46,475 nt of DNA, from positions 1 to 46,475 of the forward strand of contig JAYZFK010000096.1 in NCBI GenBank assembly GCA_036336835.1, read 5' to 3'. This document shows positions 27,419-36,968 of this stretch, piece by piece (position 1 is the stretch's first letter; each line of letters begins with the position of its first letter). Below the pieces are notes generated by a model, which saw only the letters and a program-made list of their open reading frames with translations, had not been told where the DNA came from and made no database searches. Origin of the DNA: Myxococcota bacterium. Lineage in GTDB: Bacteria; Myxococcota_A; UBA9160; UBA4427. Both the position numbers and the translations under genes were made by a program.

Positions 27419-28215
27419 GCCGGCAACCCCAGGCGCTGGATCGCGATCGCGGCGGCCGTCGCAACGTTCAGCGAGTCGGTGCCGGCGGCCATCGGAATGC
27501 GCACGCGCGCCTCCGCGAGCTCGCGGACCTCGCGCGAGAGCCCGGGGCCCTCCGTGCCGACGATCAGCGCAATCTTCGACGGCGCCCTCGCTGCGAAGTC
27601 GTCGAGCGCGATGCTCTCGGGCCCGGGATCGAGCGCGACCAGCGCATAGCCGGCCGAGCGCAGCGCGAGCAGCCCGTCGGGCCAGCGCCGGGCCCGCGCA
27701 TACGGCAGGCGCAGCACCGCTCCCAGCGAGACGCGCACGGCCTTGCGATACAGCGGGTCGCAGCAGCGCGGCGACAGCAGCAAGCCGCCGGCGCCGAGCG
27801 CCAGCGCGTTACGGAACAGGCTGCCCAGGTTGTCGACGTCGGTCAGGTCCTCGGCCACCACCACCAGGCGTCCCCGGCGCGTGATCTCCTCGGGACCGTC
27901 CTCGTCGCGACGCTGCGCGGCGGCAAGACATCCGCGATGGAGGTCGTAGCCCACGACCTCCTCGATCAGCGCCTTGCCGCCGAGGTAGATCGGCAGCGAG
28001 GCCGGGAGCACCGCCCAGGTGTCCCGCATGGCATCGAAGGCCGCCTGCGTCAGCAACACGGAGCGGGGTGTGAAGCGACCCTGCCGCGCCAGCACTTCGA
28101 TGTTGCGCCGCCCTTCGACCAGGAAGAGCCCTTGCTGCAAACGCAGCGCTGCGTCTTTCACATCTCGGAAGTCGTCGAGCCGGGGGTCGTCCGACGAGTC
28201 GACGAGGATCGGCAT
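27415..28215 (-). CDS. TrmH/SpoU-family RNA methyltransferase
   Basis: DVDNLGSLFRNA, IVGTEGPGL, IPMAAGTDSLNVATA. Confidence 0.92.
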   Translation of the reverse strand: MPILVDSSDDPRLDDFRDVKDAALRLQQGLFLVEGRRNIEVLARQGRFTPRSVLLTQAAFDAMRDTWAVLPASLPIYLGGKALIEEVVGYDLHRGCLAAAQRRDEDGPEEITRRGRLVVVAEDLTDVDNLGSLFRNALALGAGGLLLSPRCCDPLYRKAVRVSLGAVLRLPYARARRWPDGLLALRSAGYALVALDPGPESIALDDFAARAPSKIALIVGTEGPGLSREVRELAEARVRIPMAAGTDSLNVATAAAIAIQRLGLPA

Positions 28216-28241
28216 CCGCAGAACCTATCGCACGGCCCAGC

Positions 28242-29855
<1,614 letters not shown>

Positions 29856-29935
29856 GGTCGCTCTCCTCGAGAGGGGCCAGCATAGCCGAGCGCCTCAGCA
29901 GCAGAGCGAGGGCTTCGTCTGCCGAAAGAAACCCG

Positions 29936-30916
29936 CTAGAGGTGAGCCAGCACCTTCTCGACCTCGCCGGCCGAGCCCAGCACGACCGGCGTGCGCTGGT
30001 GCAGCTCGTGAGGCTCGACGTCGAGGATGCGTCCGGTCCCGGTGACGGCGCTACCGCCCGCCTGCTCGACGAGCATGCTCATCGGATTCGCCTCGTACAT
30101 CAGCCGCAGCTTGCCGCTCGGTGCCTTGGCCGTGGCCGGATACAGGAAGACGCCACCCTTGAGCAGCGTGCGGTGCACGTCGGCCACCATCGAGCCGATG
30201 TAGCGACTGCCGTAGCCGTTCTCCTCGGTCCAGGCGAGATAGGACTGGTAGCCCTCGGCGAAGTCCATGCGATAGGCGCCGTTGATCGAGCGCACCTTGT
30301 TGTCGTGCGGGATCTGCAGACGGCTCTGCACGCGCACGAACTCGCCCAGCTCGGGATCGAGCACGAACATGTCGACGCCGTCGCCCAGCGTCAGGACCAT
30401 CAAGACCGAAGAGCCGTAGAGCACGTAGCCAGCGGCGAGCTGCGAGCTGCCCGGCTGCAGCACCGAAGACGCGCCGCTCTCCGCCGAGCCGGCGCTGCGC
30501 AGGACGCTGAAGATCGTGCCGACCCCAGCGGCGACGTCGATGTTCGAGCTTCCGTCGAGAGGATCGAACAACACGCCGTACTCGCCGCCCGCGCTCGCGG
30601 GCCGCACCACCACGACCTCGTCCTCCTCCTCGGATCCGAGCACGCCAACGTGCGGGCAGCGCGACAGGCAGTGGATCAGCAGATCGTTCGAGATCACGTC
30701 GAGCTTCTGCTGCTCCTCGCCCTGCACGTTGGTGGCGCCCACTTCGCCGATCACATCGCCGCCAATGCGCGCGCGCCGCACCTTGCTCGCGATCGACTTG
30801 GTGGCGAGTGCGATCGACGAGATGACGTCCGCAACGGTCCCGATGCCGTCGCGCTGCGCGGCCGTGCGGAGGTACTCGGGAAGGGTGTCCAGGTTGTCGC
30901 TGATGCGACCGCTCAT
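29936..30916 (-). CDS. fbp: Fructose-1,6-bisphosphatase class 1
   Basis: GEEQQKLDV, SEEED, FDPLDGSSNID, RYIGSMVADVHR, GKLRLMYEANP. Confidence 0.95.
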   Translation of the reverse strand: MSGRISDNLDTLPEYLRTAAQRDGIGTVADVISSIALATKSIASKVRRARIGGDVIGEVGATNVQGEEQQKLDVISNDLLIHCLSRCPHVGVLGSEEEDEVVVVRPASAGGEYGVLFDPLDGSSNIDVAAGVGTIFSVLRSAGSAESGASSVLQPGSSQLAAGYVLYGSSVLMVLTLGDGVDMFVLDPELGEFVRVQSRLQIPHDNKVRSINGAYRMDFAEGYQSYLAWTEENGYGSRYIGSMVADVHRTLLKGGVFLYPATAKAPSGKLRLMYEANPMSMLVEQAGGSAVTGTGRILDVEPHELHQRTPVVLGSAGEVEKVLAHL

Positions 30917-31005
30917 CGTCGCCGTCTCCGATATCGCGCTGCGTCGCGAACCGATGCGGAGCCTCTCGGCTCCCGTTCGCGAATCGGGCCAGTCTACTCC
31001 GCGGA

Positions 31006-31800
31006 CTACGGCATGAGGGCCACGATCCGGAGCGGGGCTCCGCTGCCACCCGCGATCTTCATTGGCAGCGCCACGATCGAGAAGCCCGTGTACGGGAGCT
31101 TCTCCAGGTTGGCCAGGTTCTCGAAGGCCGGAATGCCGGCGGCGAACAGCACCCGGTGTGACCGGAAGTCGCGCGACGGCCCGTAGTCGATGCTGGCCGT
31201 GTCGATACCGATTGCGCGGATCCGGCGGTCGCGCACCAGCCACTCGGCCGCGAGCGGGTCGAGCCCCGGGAAGTGGAGCGCGGCGACACCCTCGGGACCC
31301 CGCAGCTCGGTGCCCAGGTAGCGGGCACGCTCGGGCCAGTAGCGCGCCGTTCCCGTCCGAAGCAGCACGATCGCGCTGCGCGGCAGCGGCCCGTGCTCGG
31401 CCTCCCACGCGAGGAAGTCTGCCTGCGAGATCTGGTAGTCGCGGTCGCGCTCGCAGGCCCCGGTGACGTCGATCAGCAGCGCAGGGCCCGAGAGCTCCGA
31501 CGGGTGGAGCGCATCGACGGCCGCCGCGCCCTCGGCGAAGTGGATCGGCGCGTCGAGGTGCGTCCCGCCGTGCTCGGCCCCGCGAAAGCGGTGGGCCTCG
31601 TAGTAGTACCCACCGTCGGTGATGCCCGCGAACTCGCGCTCGAGCACAAAACCCTGCTCGCTGGGCCAGTAGATCGTGTCCGCGTCGAAGGAATGGCTGA
31701 GATCGATCATCCGCGACCAGGTCGCCGTCGGCACCCGCAGCCAGCAGCCGCCCGCGAGCAGGCAGGCCGCCAGCAGGAGTGCTCTGTCGCTGCGCGGCAT
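31006..31800 (-). CDS. Cyclase (kynurenine formamidase-like) family protein, probable lipoprotein
   Basis: HGGTHLDAPIHF, GIDTASID, FENLANL, GGSGAPLR; N-terminal LLAGGC lipobox-like sequence. Confidence 0.88.
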   Translation of the reverse strand: MPRSDRALLLAACLLAGGCWLRVPTATWSRMIDLSHSFDADTIYWPSEQGFVLEREFAGITDGGYYYEAHRFRGAEHGGTHLDAPIHFAEGAAAVDALHPSELSGPALLIDVTGACERDRDYQISQADFLAWEAEHGPLPRSAIVLLRTGTARYWPERARYLGTELRGPEGVAALHFPGLDPLAAEWLVRDRRIRAIGIDTASIDYGPSRDFRSHRVLFAAGIPAFENLANLEKLPYTGFSIVALPMKIAGGSGAPLRIVALMP

Positions 31801-31875
31801 CACTGGACGGTAGCCAGCGGGGCCTCCGTCGGCGAAGCTCACGGCAATCGGACCCACGGACAAGGAGCACCCACC

Positions 31876-32811
31876 ATGGCCGATCCCCTGCACTTCGGTG
31901 TCACCCTCCCCCAGATCAAGCGTACCTGGGAGGAGGCGCGCGCCGCCGCGCTCGCCTTCGACGAGCTGCGCTTCGACTCCGTCTGGGTGTGCGACCACAT
32001 GTATGGAGTGCCCAACCCGGCACTTCCGATCCTCGAGGCCTGCAGCCAGCTGGCGGCCGTGGCAGCGATCACCGAGCACGTCGAACTCGGGACGCTCGTC
32101 ACCCCGCCGCTGTTCCGCAACCCGGCCGTCTTCGCCAAGCAGCTTGCGACGATCGACCAGATCTCGAACGGCCGGCTGATCGCAGGGCTCGGCGCCGGCT
32201 GGTTCCCGCCCGAGTTCGAGGACTACGGCATCGAGTTCGGCACGCTGGGCGAGCGCATGCGCGCGCTCGACGAGACTGCACAGGTGTTGCGCATGCTGTG
32301 GAGCGAGGAGCAGACGACCTTCGACGGCGCCTTCGCGAGGCTTCGCGGCGCACGCTGCGAGCCGAAGCCGATGCGGCGCACGCCGGTCCTGATCGGCGGC
32401 ATGGGCGAGCGCGTGCTGATGGGGATCGCGGCCCGCAATGCGGACATCTGGAACAACATGGCGGTCGCCCAGGGGCAGCTCGGCGCCAAGGTCGAGGCGT
32501 TGCGCAAGCGATGCGCAGAAGTGGGGCGCGACCCGGCCGAGCTCACCATCTCGCAGCAGTGCACCGTGGTGATCGGCGAGAGCGAGGCCGACGCCCGCGC
32601 CCAGCTCTCCAAGGCACAGAAGGTGTTCGGCGGGCACCTGGGCGCCGGGCTCGAGGAGCACGGCATCTGGGGTCACCCCGAGCGGGTCGTCGAGTGCATC
32701 GAGCGCCACCGCGCCCTGGGCTGCAGCATGTTCGTGATCGAGTTCTTCGGGCGCGACACCCGGGAGCCCGCCCGACTGTTCGCCGAGACGGTCCTACCGG
32801 CGCTGCGCTGA
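31876..32811 (+). CDS. LLM-class (luciferase-like) flavin/F420-dependent oxidoreductase
   Basis: FDSVWVCDH, FRNPAVFAKQLATIDQISNGRLIAGLGAGW, LIGGMGE; SD AAGGAG. Confidence 0.9.
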   Translation: MADPLHFGVTLPQIKRTWEEARAAALAFDELRFDSVWVCDHMYGVPNPALPILEACSQLAAVAAITEHVELGTLVTPPLFRNPAVFAKQLATIDQISNGRLIAGLGAGWFPPEFEDYGIEFGTLGERMRALDETAQVLRMLWSEEQTTFDGAFARLRGARCEPKPMRRTPVLIGGMGERVLMGIAARNADIWNNMAVAQGQLGAKVEALRKRCAEVGRDPAELTISQQCTVVIGESEADARAQLSKAQKVFGGHLGAGLEEHGIWGHPERVVECIERHRALGCSMFVIEFFGRDTREPARLFAETVLPALR

Positions 32812-32989
32812 ACGCGGGCAGCGCGGCGGGCGTCGAACTCGCAGGACTCGCTTCCCCAGCCGGGGCAGGGAATACTCAGCCCGAGCCTCGGGTGGGCCGA
32901 AACGATCCGGACGCAGACGGTGCGGCCCGGCGGGGAATCTGTCCTCGGGGGCACGCCGGGCGGTCCGATCGGACTGTTATCCTACACGG

Positions 32990-35311
32990 GTGGTGGAACT
33001 TCGAATGAATCTCGCTCCTGCACTCCAGTCGCCTGGCGGCCGCCTCGGCGCGCTGACGGCGCTAGCCGCACTCCTGCTTCTCGGGGCAGGCGGCCCCGCG
33101 GCGGCCGAGCCCCCGCTCAGCTGCGAGCGCATCCCCGAGCTGATCGTCCACTACCTGCAGAAGCACATCACCTTCCACTACCCCAACGACGAGCTGCGGC
33201 GCCGCGTCGTCGACTCGTACATGCGCAAGCTCGATCCCGCGAAGACGCTCTACCTGCGCGACGAGGCCGACCAGCTCGAGAAGTCGCTGCACGGCGTGCT
33301 GCTCGATCTGAACGACGGCGACTGCAAGGTGCTGGAAGCCATCCACCAGGACCTCCCGAAGCGCTACCAGCTGTGGGAGGAGTTCGTCCGCGAGTTCGTG
33401 TCCGCAGAGGGCTACCAGATCGATCCGTCGGCAACGCTGGTCCTCGACGCCGAGAAGCGCCCGCGACCTGCGACGCGCGATCAGCAGCACGCACTCCTGG
33501 CGAACCTGGCCCACTTCCAGATGGCGAACTACGCGGTCGCAGTCAGCTCGGAGCTGGCTGCCGAGGCTGCCTCCGAAGCCGAAGAGACCAGCGAGACCGA
33601 TGAGGAGGCCGCGTCCGAAAGCGACGAGACCGGCGCGATCGACGAACAGGCCGAGGCCGATGAAGAGGCCGCCGGGGCCGATGAAGAGGCCGCCGAGGCC
33701 GAGGCCGATGAGGAGGCCGCAGCTGCCGAGGCCGAGGCCGATGGGGAGGCCGCCTCTGAAGTGAACGCCGACGGCGAGGCGACCGACCTGGCCGCCGCCG
33801 CCAGCGAGACGGTGCTCGTGCCGACGCCGGAGATCCTCGAGAAGGCCCGCAAGAAGCTGATCCACCGCCAGGAGCTGATCACGCAGCGCGCCCGCGACCT
33901 GACGATCGAGGACGTCTACTCGGACTTCCTCGACGCGTTCGCCCGCGCGCTCGACCCCCACTCGAACTACCTGCCACAGGAAGTCTTCGAGGACTTCCGC
34001 ATCGGCATGGAGCTCTCGCTCGAAGGCATCGGCGTCAAGCTGTCGTACCGCGACGGATTCTCGGTCGTGGAAGACATCATCCCGGGCGGCGCGGCCGATC
34101 GCGTCGACGTCCTCGAGAAACGCGACAAGATCATCGCCGTGGCCCAGGAGGGTGGCGAGTTCGTCGACGTCATCGACATGGACCTGCGCGACGTAGTGCG
34201 CAAGATTCGCGGCAAGCGAGGAACGACGGTCCACCTGACCGTACTGCGAGACGAGAAGGAGCGCCTCGAAGTCTCGATCGTACGCGACAAGATCAACCTC
34301 GAGGAGCAGGCCGCGAGCCTGCGCATCGAAGAGTTAGAAGTCGACGGCGAGCCCTTCAAGCTCGGGCTGCTCGAGCTACCGTCGTTCTACGGCGACAAGA
34401 ATCCCTCCAAGCGCCAGAGCTCGCGCGACGTACGCAAGCTGCTGAAGCAGGCGAAGAAGAAGAAGGTCGACGGCGTAATGCTCGATCTGTCCCGCAACGG
34501 GGGCGGACTGCTAGACAACGCCGTCGAGATCGCCGGCCTGTTCGTCGAAGAGGGCGGCGTGGTTGCCGTCAAGGACACCTACGGCAAGCTGCAGGTGATG
34601 CGCGATCCCGACGACTCGATCGCGTACGACGGCCCTCTCGTGGTGATGACCTCGCGCGTCAGCGCCTCGGCCTCCGAGATCGTCGCCGGCGCCATGCAGG
34701 ACTACAGGCGCGCGGTGTTGATCGGCGACGACCACACGTTCGGCAAGGGCACGGTCCAGAGCATGGTCCAGCTGCCACCGGGCCTCGGCGCGCTCAAGGT
34801 CACGACCCAGCTGTTCTTCCGGCCGGGGGGCGTGTCCACGCAGCACGAAGGCGTCGAGTCCGACGTGCGCATCCCGGCGACGTTCAACGTCGACGACTTC
34901 GGCGAGAAGCACCAGCCGTATTCGCTCGAGGCCCAGCAGGTCGCGCCGTTCGTGGAGGTCGAGAGTCAGGGCAACGCAGGCTCGGCCTGGCCGGCGATTA
35001 CCGACGAACTCGTGCGCGAGCTGGTTCGCCGTTCGCAGGGACGGGTCGCCGCCAGCGAAGAGTTCCAGAAGATCGAAGCCGATCTGGCCGAGGTGCGAGA
35101 GCGCGGCGGCGTCGTCCACGTCAAGGACATCCTCACGCGCGACGCCGACGACGCGGCCTCGGAACAGGCGAGCGCCGATGCGGAGGACGACGACGAGCAA
35201 CCGCTCACCTCCCACCAGACCGAGGGGCTGTACATCCTGGCCGACTACGTGGCCGTGGGTCGCCAGCTGCTGGCGGACAATCGCCGGCCGGAAGCAGAGC
35301 AGCCCAACTAG
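32990..35311 (+). CDS. prc: Carboxy-terminal processing protease Prc/Tsp (S41A) with PDZ domain and acidic insert
   Basis: Signal peptide; LDPHSNY, LEGIG (PDZ), LDLSRNGGG, SASASEI (Ser), TFGKGTVQ (Lys); alternative ATG at 33005. Confidence 0.92.
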   Translation: MVELRMNLAPALQSPGGRLGALTALAALLLLGAGGPAAAEPPLSCERIPELIVHYLQKHITFHYPNDELRRRVVDSYMRKLDPAKTLYLRDEADQLEKSLHGVLLDLNDGDCKVLEAIHQDLPKRYQLWEEFVREFVSAEGYQIDPSATLVLDAEKRPRPATRDQQHALLANLAHFQMANYAVAVSSELAAEAASEAEETSETDEEAASESDETGAIDEQAEADEEAAGADEEAAEAEADEEAAAAEAEADGEAASEVNADGEATDLAAAASETVLVPTPEILEKARKKLIHRQELITQRARDLTIEDVYSDFLDAFARALDPHSNYLPQEVFEDFRIGMELSLEGIGVKLSYRDGFSVVEDIIPGGAADRVDVLEKRDKIIAVAQEGGEFVDVIDMDLRDVVRKIRGKRGTTVHLTVLRDEKERLEVSIVRDKINLEEQAASLRIEELEVDGEPFKLGLLELPSFYGDKNPSKRQSSRDVRKLLKQAKKKKVDGVMLDLSRNGGGLLDNAVEIAGLFVEEGGVVAVKDTYGKLQVMRDPDDSIAYDGPLVVMTSRVSASASEIVAGAMQDYRRAVLIGDDHTFGKGTVQSMVQLPPGLGALKVTTQLFFRPGGVSTQHEGVESDVRIPATFNVDDFGEKHQPYSLEAQQVAPFVEVESQGNAGSAWPAITDELVRELVRRSQGRVAASEEFQKIEADLAEVRERGGVVHVKDILTRDADDAASEQASADAEDDDEQPLTSHQTEGLYILADYVAVGRQLLADNRRPEAEQPN
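33596..33754 (+). repeat. Degenerate in-frame repeats (consensus GCCGATGAR GAGGCCGCN; ADEEAA-like) in prc
   Basis: Degenerate copies at 33596, 33656, 33677, 33704, 33737. Confidence 0.8.
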
Positions 35312-35348
35312 CCCTATCCTTCGCGCCCACAGACAAAGAGGAGCTGCA

Positions 35349-36278
35349 ATGAGCCTCGACCAAGGTGCGCGTTCTCGGCTCGACACGTTGATCGGCGCGC
35401 ACGAAGTCACGCTCTTCATGAAGGGCACGCGCCAGCAGCCGCAGTGCGGCTTCTCGAGCACCGTGATCCAGATCCTGGACACGTTGATCCCCGAGTATCA
35501 GACCGTCGACGTGCTGGCGGACTCCGAGCTGCGCGAGAACATCAAGCTCTACTCCGCCTGGCCGACGATCCCGCAGCTCTATGTGAAGGGAGAGTTCGTC
35601 GGCGGCTGCGACATCATTCAGGAGCTGTTCCAGTCCGGTGAGCTGGCTGCAACGTTCGGGATCGAGCTGCCCAAGCCGGGCGATGTCTCGATCACCATCA
35701 GCGACGCGGCCGCCGATCAGCTGCGACAGGTACTCGAGCAGCAGGGGGGCCCCGGCCGCGACCTGCAGCTGTCGATCGACGCCCGCTTCCAGGCGAACCT
35801 GTTCCTCGGACCCGCCGGCGGCGACCCGACCGTGGTCGAATCGAACGGCGTCGAGCTTCGCATGGACGCCGTCAGCGCGAGCCGGGCCGACGGCCTCTCG
35901 ATCGACGTGGTCGACACGCCACAGGGGCCCGGCTTCAAGATCAACAACCCGCGAGCACCCGGGGTGCGCCCCCTGTCGGTCGGCGAGCTGAAGCTGCTGC
36001 TCGACGCGGAGGAGGCCTTCGAGCTGATGGACGTCCGCACGGTTGCCGAGCGCGAGACGTCCGCCATCGAAGGCTCGAGCTTGATGGACGACGAGCAGGC
36101 CGCGCGACTCGAGGCGCTGCCGAAGGACGCGAAGCTCGTTTTCCACTGCCACCACGGCGGGCGCAGCCAGCAGGCGGCCGAGCACTTCGCCGCCCTCGGC
36201 TTCACGAACGTGTACAACCTCGTGGGCGGGATCGACGCCTGGTCGGACGAGATCGACCCGAGCGTCCCGAAATACTGA
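35349..36278 (+). CDS. grxD: Monothiol glutaredoxin Grx4 fused to a Cys-less A-type-carrier-like domain and a rhodanese domain
   Basis: LFMKG..PQCGFS, WPTIPQLYVKGEFVGGCD; ITISDAA...GFKINNP; MDVRT...HCHHGGRS...GGIDAW. Confidence 0.88.
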   Translation: MSLDQGARSRLDTLIGAHEVTLFMKGTRQQPQCGFSSTVIQILDTLIPEYQTVDVLADSELRENIKLYSAWPTIPQLYVKGEFVGGCDIIQELFQSGELAATFGIELPKPGDVSITISDAAADQLRQVLEQQGGPGRDLQLSIDARFQANLFLGPAGGDPTVVESNGVELRMDAVSASRADGLSIDVVDTPQGPGFKINNPRAPGVRPLSVGELKLLLDAEEAFELMDVRTVAERETSAIEGSSLMDDEQAARLEALPKDAKLVFHCHHGGRSQQAAEHFAALGFTNVYNLVGGIDAWSDEIDPSVPKY

Positions 36279-36290
36279 GGCGGACGATCC

Positions 36291-36566
36291 GTGGCGCTGC
36301 AGATCCTGAACGCAGGCGAGAATGGCGACGCCGAGAAGATCTCAGACGATCTGCGCGGCAGGATCGAGGCCGCGATCGAGGGCGCCGAGGTCAGCGTGAC
36401 CGCGAACGGGCCCGGCCACTTCGAGATCCGCGTCGTGTCGAGCAGCTTCGAGGGACTGAGCCGCGTCAAGCAGCAGCAGCGCGTCTACGGCGCGATCGCC
36501 GAGCTGATGGCAGGACCGAACGCACCGGTCCACGCAATCGACAAGCTGGAGTGCCTGCTGCCGTGA
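36291..36566 (+). CDS. BolA/IbaG family protein
   Basis: GHFEIRVVSSSFEGLSRVKQQQRVY...VHAI; next to Grx4. Confidence 0.9.
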   Translation: MALQILNAGENGDAEKISDDLRGRIEAAIEGAEVSVTANGPGHFEIRVVSSSFEGLSRVKQQQRVYGAIAELMAGPNAPVHAIDKLECLLP

Positions 36567-36946
36567 GGCGCCCCGGGACCGCGCTCGCGACCTTCCTGGT
36601 CGCCGTGTCGCTGGCCTCCGTGGCAACCGGCGAGCCGCCGATCGTGCTCCCCAGCCAGCTCGCCGAGCGGCTCGCGGGCGACGATCCTCCCATCGTCCTC
36701 GATGTGCGCACGGACGTAGAATGGGACCAGGGCCACATCCCCGGGGCGCTGCACATCCCGCTCCAACAGATCACCGAGCGCCGCGGCGAGGTCGCCAAGG
36801 ACCGCGACGTCGTCGTCCACTGCCAGGTCGCACCGCGCGCGCGAATGGCGGAGAAGGCGCTGATCATGGTCGGCCACGAGCGCGTCTTCCACCTCGAGGG
36901 CGGGTTCCGGGCCTGGCAAGAGGCTGGGCTCGCAGTCGAGAAGTAG
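36563..36946 (+). CDS. Secreted single-domain rhodanese
   Basis: Signal peptide; LDVRT..EW..GHIPGA, CQVAPR loop, LEGGFRAW; GTGA overlap with bolA. Confidence 0.88.
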   Translation: MRRPGTALATFLVAVSLASVATGEPPIVLPSQLAERLAGDDPPIVLDVRTDVEWDQGHIPGALHIPLQQITERRGEVAKDRDVVVHCQVAPRARMAEKALIMVGHERVFHLEGGFRAWQEAGLAVEK

Positions 36947-36968
36947 TCGACTGGGCCATCCCGAGCTC

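Noticed and set aside
32812..32989. Palindromes CCCGAG-C-CTCGGG and GTCCGATCGGAC upstream of prc
   Set aside because: Single GC-rich dyads without repeats or a candidate regulator; not tRNA-like
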